A stretch of DNA of 64,000 bases from Atribacterota bacterium (GCA_040767965.1 JAXGNR010000004.1:32001-96000), one strand, 5' to 3'. Positions 9,199 to 19,505 are shown, counted from the first letter of the stretch. Program-made: numbers and translations. The notes: generated by a model from the sequence alone, not told the origin.

Positions 9199-9783
9199 TT
9201 GGGTTATAGATTATTAATTGATCCTCTTCTGGCAAGCACTAGAAAAAATATTGCCGCTTTAATAAATCCTGATGTAGAAATTCTGGATCTAGGATGCGGT
9301 ACCGGAGAGTTGGTTTTTGAATTATCTCATAAAGTAAAAAAAGCTGTCGGGTTAGATATAGATGAAAATATGATAAAATATGCTCAGCTGAAAAAAGAAA
9401 GACTTGCCCTTGAAAATATTGAATTTATAAACAAGGACATTAATGATAGAAGTATTTTAACAAAAAATAAATTTGATTTTATTGTATTATCAATGTTTTT
9501 ACATCAGCTAAAGAAAAAAGAAGCAGATGAAATAATAAGCTTGATTAAAAATATGACTAAGAATATTATTTTTGCCGACTATATGTCACCTTTGCCAAAA
9601 ACTATTGCAGGAAAAGGAGCGAAAATAATTGAAAGAATTGCAGGAGCAGAACATTCCAAAAATTTTAGGGATTATCAACATTTAGGCGGGTTGTCCTACT
9701 ATTTAAAATTCCATCAATTAAATCCTGTTTTTAAAAATATTACCGGTTTAGGTTTAATTAAAATTGTCAACTGTTCTCTTTAA
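9199..9783 (+). CDS. Class I SAM-dependent methyltransferase
   Basis: ILDLGCGTG, GLDID, FDFIV and LH. The true start may be ATT at 9181, behind SD AAGGGG. Confidence 0.85.
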   Translation: MGYRLLIDPLLASTRKNIAALINPDVEILDLGCGTGELVFELSHKVKKAVGLDIDENMIKYAQLKKERLALENIEFINKDINDRSILTKNKFDFIVLSMFLHQLKKKEADEIISLIKNMTKNIIFADYMSPLPKTIAGKGAKIIERIAGAEHSKNFRDYQHLGGLSYYLKFHQLNPVFKNITGLGLIKIVNCSL

Positions 9784-9834
9784 GTTTTTTGAAGTATTTT
9801 TATAAAAATATAATTAAAAGGTAGGTGAAAGACA

Positions 9835-10647
9835 ATTTTACAATTACTCGAAACATTCCATCCGGTTACACAGGCCTTCTTGGCTGGTCTTTTTACCTGG
9901 CTAATGACTGCTTTGGGAGCAAGTGCAGTATTGTTTTTTAAAAATATAAATCAGAAATTATTAAATTCCATGCTGGGTTTTGCTGCCGGAGTAATGATTG
10001 CTGCAAGCTACTGGTCTTTGTTGGCTCCAGCAATTGAATTAGCTGAAGAAGGCCCAGTGCCTGGTTGGCTCCCTGCAGCAGTTGGTTTTTTGTTAGGAGG
10101 GTTATTTCTGAGAGGAATTGACTTAATATTGCCACATTTGCATCCAGGTTTACCGATGAAAGAAGCAGAAGGAATTTCAACTTCCTGGAAAAGAAGTACT
10201 CTGTTAATTCTAGCAGTAACTTTACACAATATTCCAGAAGGCCTGGCAGTAGGGGTGGCTTTTGGAGCAGTGGCGGTTGGGCTGCCTTCCTCTTCTTTAA
10301 TGTCTGCAATAGCTCTGGCTATTGGAATTGGAATTCAAAATTTTCCGGAAGGTATGGCGATCTCTATGCCTTTAAGAAGAGAAGGAATGTCTAGAATAAG
10401 AAGCTTCTGGTATGGGCAGCTGTCAGGTGTGGTGGAGCCAATCTCATGTGTAATAGGAGCCTCTATGGTTTTACTGGCCCGGCCTATACTTCCGTATGCA
10501 TTATCTTTCGCTGCCGGTGCTATGATATTTGTAGTGGTTGAAGAATTAATTCCAGAATCACAGCAGGGAAATAATTCTGATTTGGCAACAATGGGCGCAT
10601 TATTAGGTTTTACGATAATGATGATCCTGGATGTGGCCTTAGGTTAA
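9835..10647 (+). CDS. ZIP-family metal transporter (GufA/ZupT type)
   Basis: GFAAGVM, HNIPEG, QNFPEG and EELIPE. The frame extends to an ATT at 9835, 7 nt after SD AGGTG (the ORF track starts at TTG 9880). Confidence 0.9.
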   Translation: MLQLLETFHPVTQAFLAGLFTWLMTALGASAVLFFKNINQKLLNSMLGFAAGVMIAASYWSLLAPAIELAEEGPVPGWLPAAVGFLLGGLFLRGIDLILPHLHPGLPMKEAEGISTSWKRSTLLILAVTLHNIPEGLAVGVAFGAVAVGLPSSSLMSAIALAIGIGIQNFPEGMAISMPLRREGMSRIRSFWYGQLSGVVEPISCVIGASMVLLARPILPYALSFAAGAMIFVVVEELIPESQQGNNSDLATMGALLGFTIMMILDVALG

Positions 10648-10734
10648 TGTTGATTTTAAATATGTGAATATTTTATTATTCACCAGCATTCACCAGCCTT
10701 ATTTTTCTTATATAGAGGAATTTAATTTACAAAA

Positions 10735-11715
10735 ATGCTAAATAAATTGTTATTTTTACTTTTTCTTATTTTTTTTGGTATCATCTTAGGATATTTTATT
10801 CAGTATCTGGATGAAAAAAAGAAAACAAATTTTCCTGTTAAGAGAGAAAAAATCAGGAAGAATTTGCAAAAGATATTTTTTTTCCTTTTTTCTCCAATCT
10901 CTATAATTGGAGCAATCTGGGTTGCCAATATTCAAAATATTAAAGCTATTTATGTGCCGATGATGGGCTTAACTGCCTTTTTTTTAGGGGCTATTTTTGC
11001 ATATATAGGAGCCAGATTTTTAAAATTATCAAAACCAAACACCGGTCTTTACATAATTAGCGGTTCTTACTCTAATATCGGATCTATAGGAGGACTGGTT
11101 TGTTTTGCTTTTTTCGGAGAAGCAGGGTATGCCTTGACTCCTATTTATAATTTTGTTCTTCCGGCTATTTACTTTGCCCTTGGTTTTCCTATTGTCAAAC
11201 ACTTCACCAACAATTATGAAAAAAAAGAAAGTGTAATTTCACGTTTTCTAACAGCAATTACAGATCCTTTTGTTCTTTTCCCCATAGGAAGCATTACAAT
11301 TGGTTTGTTGTTAAATTTTTCTAATATAAGCCGTCCCCCAATTTATGGAAATATAATCGCTGTCACCGTACCGGTAGGGAATTTTTTAGTGCTGGTTTCA
11401 ATTGGTTTAGAACTAAAAATATCAAAAGTGAAAGATTATCTCAGGGAATGTGCAGTGCTTTCATTGATTAAATTTTTACTGATACCATTTTTTACAACTA
11501 TAATTGCCTGGAGATTAGGGTTAGGTGAAATTGCCAATGGGCTTCATTTAAAAGTGGTAATTGTGCTTTCTTCGATGCCAGTAGCTCTAATTGCCCTTAT
11601 ACCTTCATCTCTTTATAACCTGGGCTTAAATATGGTTAACTCCTGCTGGTTGTTTACCACTGCTGCCATGATTTTTGTTATTCCTGTATTATATTTTTTA
11701 GTAAACTTGTTTTGA
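10735..11715 (+). CDS. AEC (auxin efflux carrier / malate permease-like) transporter
   Basis: About 10 TM segments, SNIGSIGG, LIKFLLIP and SSMPVA. Confidence 0.75.
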   Translation: MLNKLLFLLFLIFFGIILGYFIQYLDEKKKTNFPVKREKIRKNLQKIFFFLFSPISIIGAIWVANIQNIKAIYVPMMGLTAFFLGAIFAYIGARFLKLSKPNTGLYIISGSYSNIGSIGGLVCFAFFGEAGYALTPIYNFVLPAIYFALGFPIVKHFTNNYEKKESVISRFLTAITDPFVLFPIGSITIGLLLNFSNISRPPIYGNIIAVTVPVGNFLVLVSIGLELKISKVKDYLRECAVLSLIKFLLIPFFTTIIAWRLGLGEIANGLHLKVVIVLSSMPVALIALIPSSLYNLGLNMVNSCWLFTTAAMIFVIPVLYFLVNLF

Positions 11716-11895
11716 TATTATTTAACAAGAAAAATTATTGTGAATACATAGCATTTATTATATTTTTATTAACCTTTATCTTATATGCCCAATTCAACAA
11801 AGATGAATAAAAACCAATGATGATTGGTTGGTGAAATTGAAATATCCTTTTTGTTTTGCTATAGTAAATTTACAAAGTAAAATGGAGGGAAAGTT

Positions 11896-13002
11896 GTGGA
11901 AGAACAAATTGTATGGGTTGATTTTGACTTGCTGGAAAATTTTATGGTTGATACTTTTAAGGGAGTTGGTGTACCGGAAGAAGATGCAAAAATATGTGCT
12001 GATGTTTTAATTACATCTGACAAAAGAGGGATAGATAGCCATGGGATAGGCAGATTAAAACATATATATTATGATCGCATCAGAAAAGGAATTCAATCTC
12101 CTTTCACTAAATTTGAAATTATAAAAGATAATTTAACCACTGCAGTTGTTGATGGCAATAATGGGATGGGGCAGGTAATTGCTAAGAAATCAATGCAATT
12201 AGCAATTGAGAAAGCAAAGAAATATGGCATGGGAATGGTTGCTGTCAGGAATTCAACTCATTTTGGTATTGCAGGTTATTATGCCCTGATGGCAGAAAAA
12301 GCAGGCATGGTAGGAATTTGTGGTACTAATGCAAGACCTTCAGTTGCTCCCACTTTTGGTGTAGAAGGAATGTTAGGTACCAATGCCTTTACTTTTGCTT
12401 TTCCTACAGATGAAGAATTCCCATTTTGCCTGGATTGTGCTACTTCTATGATGCAAAGAGGTAAGGTAGAATTATATGACCGCGAGGAAAAAGAAATCCC
12501 GGCAGGATGGGTTATTGGTTCAGATGGTCAGACCCGGACAGACACCAAAAAAATATTAGAAGATTTTAAAAAAGGAGAAGCTGCTCTGGTTCCTCTGGGT
12601 GGCAGAGGAGAGGAAAATGCCGGTTATAAAGGTTATGGTTATGCGACTGTAGTGGAGATATTATCTGCAGCCTTACAGGAGGGTAAATTCCTAAAAATGT
12701 TATCTGGTACAGAAGATGGAAAAGAAGCTCCTATTAATCTGGGCCATTTCTTTCTTGCTATTAATATTTCATTTTTTATTGAATTGGATAAATTTAAAAA
12801 GATTACCGGAGATATCTTAAGAACCCTCCGTTCTTCTGAGAAAGAACCGGGTGCAGAACGGATTTATACTGCTGGCGAAAAGGAATATGTTGCCTGGCTG
12901 GAAAGAAAAGAAAATGGAGTCCCGATAAATAAGAATTTGCAAAAATTATTGCTGCAGATCAAAAATGAATTAAATTTGATGGATTATAATTTTCCTTTTT
13001 AA
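11896..13002 (+). CDS. Ldh_2-family (ComC/AllD-like) malate/L-lactate dehydrogenase, paralog 1
   Basis: RGIDSHG, VRNSTHFG, LGTN, LDCATS and GYKGYG. Confidence 0.9.
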   Translation: MEEQIVWVDFDLLENFMVDTFKGVGVPEEDAKICADVLITSDKRGIDSHGIGRLKHIYYDRIRKGIQSPFTKFEIIKDNLTTAVVDGNNGMGQVIAKKSMQLAIEKAKKYGMGMVAVRNSTHFGIAGYYALMAEKAGMVGICGTNARPSVAPTFGVEGMLGTNAFTFAFPTDEEFPFCLDCATSMMQRGKVELYDREEKEIPAGWVIGSDGQTRTDTKKILEDFKKGEAALVPLGGRGEENAGYKGYGYATVVEILSAALQEGKFLKMLSGTEDGKEAPINLGHFFLAINISFFIELDKFKKITGDILRTLRSSEKEPGAERIYTAGEKEYVAWLERKENGVPINKNLQKLLLQIKNELNLMDYNFPF

Positions 13003-13071
13003 AAAATATAACCTTATATAGTTTAGGGTATATCTGTATTATTTATAATAGAAATAATTGGAGGATTGTTA

Positions 13072-14178
13072 ATGGATGAACAAATTGTATGGATAGATTT
13101 TGAGTTATTGGAAAAATTTATGATAGATACTTTCAAAAAAATGGGGTTAAATGAAAAAACTGCTCAGATATCATCTGATATCTTAATTTCTGCTAATAAA
13201 GCCGGAATAGATTCTCATGGAATAGACCGATTAAAAACATATTATTATGATAGATTAAAAGATGGAACAATTTCCAGGGAAGTAAACATGGAGATTGTTA
13301 ATGATCGGGATACTACTGCAGTTGTCGATGGTCATGGAGGAATTGGTATGGTTATTGGCAAAGAAAGCATGCAACTAGCCATAGAAAAAGCCAGAAAATA
13401 TGGTTTAGGGATGGTAGTAGTAAGAAATTCCAATCATTATGGATTTGCAGGATACTATGCGAAAATGGCCATAGAAAATGATATGATCGGTATAACTGGC
13501 ACTAATACTCAGCCATATGTTGCCCCTACCTTTGGTGTGGAAAATTTATTAGGAACTAATCCTTTAACTTTTGGCATTCCCACAGATGAAGAATTTCCAT
13601 TTATCTTAGATTGTGCAACAACAGTAACTGCTTTAGGGAAAATTCAGTTATATGAGAAATTAAACAAAATATTGCCTGATGGTTGGGTTATGGATGAAAA
13701 AGGAAATATTATGCATGATGCTGAAAAAGCACATCGGGATATTTTGGATAAAAAAGCCACTCTTCTGCCTTTAGGTGGAAAAGGAGAAGAAAATGCCGGT
13801 TACAAAGGTTATGGTTATTCTACAGTAGTAGAAATTCTTTCATCAGCATTACAAGAAGGCGATTATTTAAATAAGATAATTGTAAAAGAAAAAGGGAAGA
13901 ATGATAAAAAATCAATTGGCCATTTCTTTATAGTTATCAATATTTCTTTCTTTATCAATATAGAAGCCTTTAAACTAATCGCTGGAAATATTTTACGGAA
14001 CTTACGCGCTTCTAAGAAAGAACCGGGTGCAGAACGAATTTATACTGCTGGTGAAAAAGAATATCTTACCTGGCTGGAAAGAAAAGATAAAGGTGCACCA
14101 GTAAATAAAAAAATGCAAGAACAATTATTAACTATACAGCATGAATTACAATTAAATCAATACAATTTTCCATTTTAG
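13072..14178 (+). CDS. Ldh_2-family dehydrogenase, paralog 2
   Basis: GIDSHG, VRNSNHYG, LGTNP, LDCATT and GYKGYG. Collinear with paralog 1; both end in YNFPF. Confidence 0.9.
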   Translation: MDEQIVWIDFELLEKFMIDTFKKMGLNEKTAQISSDILISANKAGIDSHGIDRLKTYYYDRLKDGTISREVNMEIVNDRDTTAVVDGHGGIGMVIGKESMQLAIEKARKYGLGMVVVRNSNHYGFAGYYAKMAIENDMIGITGTNTQPYVAPTFGVENLLGTNPLTFGIPTDEEFPFILDCATTVTALGKIQLYEKLNKILPDGWVMDEKGNIMHDAEKAHRDILDKKATLLPLGGKGEENAGYKGYGYSTVVEILSSALQEGDYLNKIIVKEKGKNDKKSIGHFFIVINISFFINIEAFKLIAGNILRNLRASKKEPGAERIYTAGEKEYLTWLERKDKGAPVNKKMQEQLLTIQHELQLNQYNFPF

Positions 14179-14227
14179 CTTTTAGGTGGATTTTTTAATA
14201 CAATATTAAATATTGTTATTTCTTTGG

Positions 14228-14256
14228 TTGACAGTTTAGATGTTAATCGTTAATAT
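14228..14256 (+). promoter_or_regulatory. Putative sigma70 promoter
   Basis: TTGACA-17 nt-TAATAT upstream of the 14302 gene. Confidence 0.5.
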
Positions 14257-14301
14257 TGATATGTTTTTTTAATAATCAAAAGAAAGAAGGTAAAATATTA
14301 A

Positions 14302-14976
14302 TTGCTTTTTTTATTTCTATTTTATATATTTTTAATGCCTCTATTTCTATTTTTTATTATTGCAGTAATCTTTTTGCCATATGGTTTTACTTTTTATTCT
14401 TTTATAACCTTAATTTCAGTTCCTAAACAGATCTGGAGAATCGCTAAAAGCCATAACCTGAGAAGAAACCATGCTCTGGAACATGCTACTATTAATATTT
14501 TAGAACATCAGGCTGGACAGCGTCTTAATATTTCCGGTTTATCAAGAGAAGACGGATTTTTTATTGCTGGTATTCAAAATCCGGAAATGGTTGAAAGTGC
14601 GGCTTCACAAGGTTTGACATTATTAAAAAAGGGAAATTGTCAGCTGGCAATTCATAGGCGTTGTGGTACAGATTTAGCTATTGCCAGTTTCATCAGTGCT
14701 TTAATTTTTTTGATTTTACTTGTAACCACAGGCATGTTCAGTATTTTTAGTATTATTATTGCCTTACTTCTTTCTAACATAGTCAGTCCTTACTTTGGAG
14801 AATATGTACAGAAATATTTTACTACCTCTTGTGATGTAAAAAACATGCAGATAGTTGGCCTGGAGTATGAAATAGGAAGACAGGAAGAGTCAAATATTCT
14901 CTTAAGGCATTTTCCGAGAGGATTTTTTGTCAGAACAGATTACATTTATGATATAAAAGAAATAGGAATAGGCTAA
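14302..14976 (+). CDS. Membrane protein with RRNHALEHAT motif (DUF6391-like)
   Basis: RRNHALEHATI and LAIHRRCGT motifs plus hydrophobic segments. Family name recalled, not searched. Confidence 0.6.
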   Translation: MLFLFLFYIFLMPLFLFFIIAVIFLPYGFTFYSFITLISVPKQIWRIAKSHNLRRNHALEHATINILEHQAGQRLNISGLSREDGFFIAGIQNPEMVESAASQGLTLLKKGNCQLAIHRRCGTDLAIASFISALIFLILLVTTGMFSIFSIIIALLLSNIVSPYFGEYVQKYFTTSCDVKNMQIVGLEYEIGRQEESNILLRHFPRGFFVRTDYIYDIKEIGIG

Positions 14977-15010
14977 TTAAAAATATAAAAAAGTTAAAAG
15001 GTTTACAATA

Positions 15011-15325
15011 ATGATAAAAAAAGAAGGTGGAACAGGACAGAAAATATTACTTGTGAATATTAAAAAAGTCGGCTTTGTTCATTTGCATGGATTAGAGAAT
15101 TATCAGAAAAAAAGTAACATTGATTTATGTTTTTTTGTTACTCCAGTTAAGCCTTATGATAATGTACTAAATTATGCCAAAAAAATTGATTTTTTAGAAA
15201 TAGTAATTTCAGAAAATTCCCAGGAAGAATATAAGAAAATTGTCCAGAAATATACTAATGCTAAAATTATTTCAATCGATCCCTATCAACTTGCCGGCAG
15301 AGACGGGATGCTTGATGGAGGCTAA
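15011..15325 (+). CDS. Hypothetical protein
   Basis: 104-aa ORF in operon-like spacing between neighbours; no motif recognised. Confidence 0.6.
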   Translation: MIKKEGGTGQKILLVNIKKVGFVHLHGLENYQKKSNIDLCFFVTPVKPYDNVLNYAKKIDFLEIVISENSQEEYKKIVQKYTNAKIISIDPYQLAGRDGMLDGG

Positions 15326-15354
15326 TAATTCAAGAAAAGGGAGGGGGAAACCAG

Positions 15355-15573
15355 ATGAAACAAATAGATAAATTAGACATTACTGATAACAAGAGGTTAG
15401 TATTATCCATTGGAGAATTCAGAGGATCTCAGAGGGTTGATTTGAGAACATTTGTCAAATTAAAAGATCAGGATGAATATGTTCAAACTAAAAAGGGAAT
15501 TAATTTTAATGCTGAATGGGTAGATGACTTTATTAAAATGGTAGAAAAATTAAAAGATGCTAAATTTGAGTAA
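15355..15573 (+). CDS. PC4/YdbC-family ssDNA-binding protein
   Basis: EFRGSQRVDLRTF...TKKGINF matches the PC4 signature (F.G...VD.R...P/T.KGI). Strong SD. Confidence 0.85.
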   Translation: MKQIDKLDITDNKRLVLSIGEFRGSQRVDLRTFVKLKDQDEYVQTKKGINFNAEWVDDFIKMVEKLKDAKFE

Positions 15574-15627
15574 TACTGCTAAAACATCTTGCAAATAAAA
15601 ATAAGCTTTACACTTTCTTAAATCTGT

Positions 15628-15675
15628 ACTATCAGGTAAGCTAGAAAGACAAAGATTACTAGTTTACCTGATAGT
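15628..15675. terminator. 17-bp hairpin between convergent genes
   Basis: ACTATCAGGTAAGCTAG-N14-CTAGTTTACCTGATAGT. It overlaps the deacetylase stop codon and has no obvious U-tract. Confidence 0.5.
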
Positions 15676-16752
15676 GAAAAGCCAGGAATATTTTTTTTGT
15701 ACATCATTTTCTCTGTCATAAGTGCTTATTTGGGCAATCCAGGTTCTTTTCTGTAAAAGTTTAGGAGCAACTGGTGTAAATGATATTTCTTGTAATTGAT
15801 CAGAATAGTCAAAATCCAATAATCCCGAACCGCTTAATCTGAAGTTCAGGTTATTTGGACTTATATTGGAATTTTTAAGGAGAACACCTATTGTTGTCGA
15901 CTGATTGTCAGTTACAGTTCCATCAGCAGGGAAAATTCCTTTTACCTCCAAGGGTTTCTCTTCTAATATGGATTTAAATAAATCTAAAGAGCATTCTGCC
16001 GCAATAATATAACGGTTAAGGTTATATTGGTCTATTGATGAAACAGAATTATTCATACTATTTACATTCAGCAAGACCTGATAATCAGCCTCTATAGCCA
16101 GATCTCTGATCTGTTCACTGTAAACCCCATAAGGATAAGCAAAAGAATTTACGGGACTGTTTGTTTTTCTTTCCAAAATAGACTTAGAAAGAAATATTTC
16201 TCGTCGAATCCTCTCCAGATACTCAGGATAAGTTTCGTCTGTTTTTATATGGAGCAAGTTGCAATGGCTAATGCTGTGTGAACCAATCTCCATTCCATTT
16301 TTTACCATTTCTTCTACCTCAATCCATGATAATTGATTTGGTCCGTTATTAATAAAATCAACATACAGGTAGAAGGTTGCGGGAATTTGATATTTTTTTA
16401 GCAAGGGGAAGGCCTGAGTATAAGCCGATTTAAATCCATCATCAATAGTGATTAGAACAGGTTTTTCCGGGAAGAATCCATTATCAATACAATTTAAGAG
16501 TTGGGACACGGTAATGGCCTGGTATCCGTTATTTTTTAAAAAAATTAATTGTTGCTCGAAACGATCAATATTAATAGTATAATCATCAGGGCTTTCTCCC
16601 AGGCAAAATTTATGATAAGTCAGGATAGGTATTATGGTATTTTTTGTATAAGTTGATGCAGAACAAATAAAAGGTGTTCCCAATAAAATAATTATCAGGA
16701 TCTGTAAAAAAATATAAAAATTTTTTGGAAGCATGATTTTTTTAAAAAGCAT
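15664..16752 (-). CDS. Exported polysaccharide deacetylase (CE4, IcaB/PgaB-like) with a C-terminal beta domain
   Basis: PILTYH, ITIDDG, IGSHSISH and FAYPYG. N-terminal signal. Confidence 0.9.
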   Translation of the reverse strand: MLFKKIMLPKNFYIFLQILIIILLGTPFICSASTYTKNTIIPILTYHKFCLGESPDDYTINIDRFEQQLIFLKNNGYQAITVSQLLNCIDNGFFPEKPVLITIDDGFKSAYTQAFPLLKKYQIPATFYLYVDFINNGPNQLSWIEVEEMVKNGMEIGSHSISHCNLLHIKTDETYPEYLERIRREIFLSKSILERKTNSPVNSFAYPYGVYSEQIRDLAIEADYQVLLNVNSMNNSVSSIDQYNLNRYIIAAECSLDLFKSILEEKPLEVKGIFPADGTVTDNQSTTIGVLLKNSNISPNNLNFRLSGSGLLDFDYSDQLQEISFTPVAPKLLQKRTWIAQISTYDRENDVQKKYSWLFTIR

Positions 16753-17037
16753 TTTGTTATCTTCGTCAGAATTTTACTTATTTATTTAACTAAAATAGGG
16801 GAAAACTATTTTAGTTAATATTATAGCAAACATCCAGACAATTTAAAAATTATCTTTGATATTCCTTCTTAAGACTAATCCTATACTTTTAAATACAAAT
16901 TATTGCCATCAAATGTTTGGTTTTAGATTTTATAAGTTTGTTTGTTTATAATGAGGTAATTAATTTTAAATTAAAGTAGAACTTGTATTGTTTTCTGTGT
17001 AGAATATATATAAAAAATATTGATAAGGAGAATGGAT

Positions 17038-17520
17038 ATGGAAATACAAACAATCAAGCTGGATTTTCCTGAAGAGGCAAATGTTATACTGGGACAGACT
17101 CATTTTATTAAATCTATAGAAGATTTATATGAAATAATGGTATCTTCAGTGCCAGGCATGAAATTCGGCATTGCTTTTAATGAAGCCTCCGGTCCCTGCT
17201 TAATCAGGGCAGAAGGGAATGACATGAGGTTAAAAACTTTGGCAATTAATAACATGAAAGAAATAGGTGCAGGCCACGCCTTTATTATAATTATCCAAAA
17301 TGCCTTTCCCATTAATATATTAAATGCCATTAAACAATGTCCTGAAGTATGTCGCATTTTTTGTGCAACTGCCAACCCAACAGAAGTAGTTGTAGGAGAA
17401 ACAGAACAGGGGCGTGGTATTTTAGGCGTGATTGATGGTTTTTCTCCAAAGGGAATCGAAAAAGATGAAGATGTGGAAAAGAGAAAAAAATTCTTAAGAA
17501 CAATTAATTATAAATTATAA
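17038..17520 (+). CDS. Adenosine-specific kinase family protein (DUF355)
   Basis: [36 protein letters not shown] and [18 protein letters not shown] is 7 nt before the ATG at 17038. Confidence 0.9.
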   Translation: MEIQTIKLDFPEEANVILGQTHFIKSIEDLYEIMVSSVPGMKFGIAFNEASGPCLIRAEGNDMRLKTLAINNMKEIGAGHAFIIIIQNAFPINILNAIKQCPEVCRIFCATANPTEVVVGETEQGRGILGVIDGFSPKGIEKDEDVEKRKKFLRTINYKL

Positions 17521-17556
17521 AATAAAAAATGTAGTTTTAAGAAAGTTGATTAAAAA

Positions 17557-18309
17557 GTGATTCAAGTAAAAAGCCTTTCGAAAGTATTTTATGATAAAAA
17601 AAATGGCGAGATAACTGCAGTAAACAATATCAGTTTTACCTGCAAAAAAGGTCAGATATTTGGTTTATTAGGCCCAAACGGAGCAGGGAAAACTACGACC
17701 TTACGCATTTTAGCAACAATGCTATCACCAACAAAGGGGAAGGTGACTGTTAATGGATATGATGTGGTCCAAAAATCTCATCAGGTAAGGCAAAGTATAG
17801 GGTTTCTATCCAGCGAAACTGGCCTGTACGATAGATTCACTCCCCGTGAAACCGTACAGTTTTTTGGCAGGATTAATGGCCTGGATGAAAATACAATAGA
17901 AAAACAAATGGCAAACATTTTTAATATTTTAGGAATGAATCATTACAAGAATACCCGTGTAGATAAATTATCCACCGGGATGAAGCAAAAACTATCTATT
18001 GCCAGAGCAATTATTCATAATCCACCTGTATTAATTTTTGATGAACCTACAGTAGGATTAGATGTTATAACTGCCAGAACGGTGATTGATTATATCAGAG
18101 AGTTTAAGCAAATGGGAAAGTGTATTATCTTTTCTACCCATCAAATGAATGAAGCTGAAAAATTATGTGATGAGATAGCCATTATTCATTTTGGAAAACT
18201 ATTATCTGCAGGATCATTAAATGATTTTCAAAAAAATAATCCAGCAAAAGACTTGGAAGAAATATTTTTCCATTTAATCAAAACAGAGAGCAGTAAGAGC
18301 AGTATATGA
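17557..18309 (+). CDS. natA: Na+ export-type ABC transporter ATPase (NatA-like)
   Basis: GPNGAGKT, LSTGMKQK, DEPTVGLD and FSTH. Coupled to a NatB-like permease. Confidence 0.8.
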   Translation: MIQVKSLSKVFYDKKNGEITAVNNISFTCKKGQIFGLLGPNGAGKTTTLRILATMLSPTKGKVTVNGYDVVQKSHQVRQSIGFLSSETGLYDRFTPRETVQFFGRINGLDENTIEKQMANIFNILGMNHYKNTRVDKLSTGMKQKLSIARAIIHNPPVLIFDEPTVGLDVITARTVIDYIREFKQMGKCIIFSTHQMNEAEKLCDEIAIIHFGKLLSAGSLNDFQKNNPAKDLEEIFFHLIKTESSKSSI

Positions 18310-19505
18310 GTTACAAAAATATTCATTTAATTTACAAAAAGGAACTCCTGGGTGCCATTAGAGACCGAAGAACTTTAATCAGTATGATTATTATTCCACT
18401 AGTCTTTTATCCTCTTTTATTTTTAGGGATAGGTTATTTTACATTAGTAGGGCAGGAAAAAACACAAATTCATCCTTCCCAGGTTGCTATTAAAGGTGAA
18501 GAAAATGCACCTCTGCTGAAAGAACTACTATCCGATGATGACCGGATAAAGCTGGTCTTTTACCAGGAAGGGGAAATAGTAGAAAATAAGATTAATGAAA
18601 AAGAATTAAATCTATTATTAGAAATCTCTGAAGATATACAAATTGAAGGAGAGCAGGCAACTACTCAGGAAATTATTATTAAGTATGATTCTACAATTCA
18701 GCGTTCCCAGGTAGCTGTTAAAAGAGTAGCAGACTTAGTGGAAAAATACAGGCAAAGAATAATTGAAGATAGGTTGGGACAATTTGGAATTGATATCAAT
18801 TATATTGAACCCCTAGAAGAGCAGTTGATTGATGTTTCATCAGAAGAAAGAAAAATTGGCTCTATGCTGGGGATGCTTTTGCCATACATAATTGTAATTC
18901 TTATTTTTATGGGTGCTATGCACTCGGCAGTAGATATAACAGCAGGAGAGAAAGAGAGAGGCACCCTTGCTACATTGCTGGTAAGCCAGGTAAGCCGCCT
19001 GGAAATTGTTATCGGAAAGTATTTAACAGTGATGACAGTTTCAGCAACCAGCATGCTGCTTGGCTTGATTGGATTAGGTATTGCCCTTCTTGCACCGGCT
19101 TATAGCATGGGAGAATTCTCTTTTGTGGAAGTAAGTTTTTCACCTTCCATGTTTTTCTTGTTTTTCCTGGTTCTAGCACCATTAGTTAGCCTCGCTAGTG
19201 CTGTATTATTGCTAATAGGAATCTTTGCCCGTAATAATAAAGAGGCCTCAACTTACGTAACTCCGATTTATATGATGTCTATTTTTTTAGGAATGATTTC
19301 TCTTACCCAGGGAATGGAACTAGCAGGACCTATGTTTTATATTCCCATTTTAAACAACAGTGTTACTTTCAAAGAATTATTAATGGGAAACATAAATTGG
19401 GCTCATATCATAAATACTATGGTAAGCAATGTAGTAATAGCCTTGCTAGCCTTATTTTTATCAGCAAGGTTATTTACTAAAGAAAGTGTGCTTTTCCGAA
19501 GCTGA
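18306..19505 (+). CDS. natB: Na+ export-type ABC transporter permease (NatB-like)
   Basis: KKELLGAIRDRRTL and AVDITAGEKERGTLATLL. ATGA overlap with the ATPase gene. Confidence 0.8.
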   Translation: MSYKNIHLIYKKELLGAIRDRRTLISMIIIPLVFYPLLFLGIGYFTLVGQEKTQIHPSQVAIKGEENAPLLKELLSDDDRIKLVFYQEGEIVENKINEKELNLLLEISEDIQIEGEQATTQEIIIKYDSTIQRSQVAVKRVADLVEKYRQRIIEDRLGQFGIDINYIEPLEEQLIDVSSEERKIGSMLGMLLPYIIVILIFMGAMHSAVDITAGEKERGTLATLLVSQVSRLEIVIGKYLTVMTVSATSMLLGLIGLGIALLAPAYSMGEFSFVEVSFSPSMFFLFFLVLAPLVSLASAVLLLIGIFARNNKEASTYVTPIYMMSIFLGMISLTQGMELAGPMFYIPILNNSVTFKELLMGNINWAHIINTMVSNVVIALLALFLSARLFTKESVLFRS

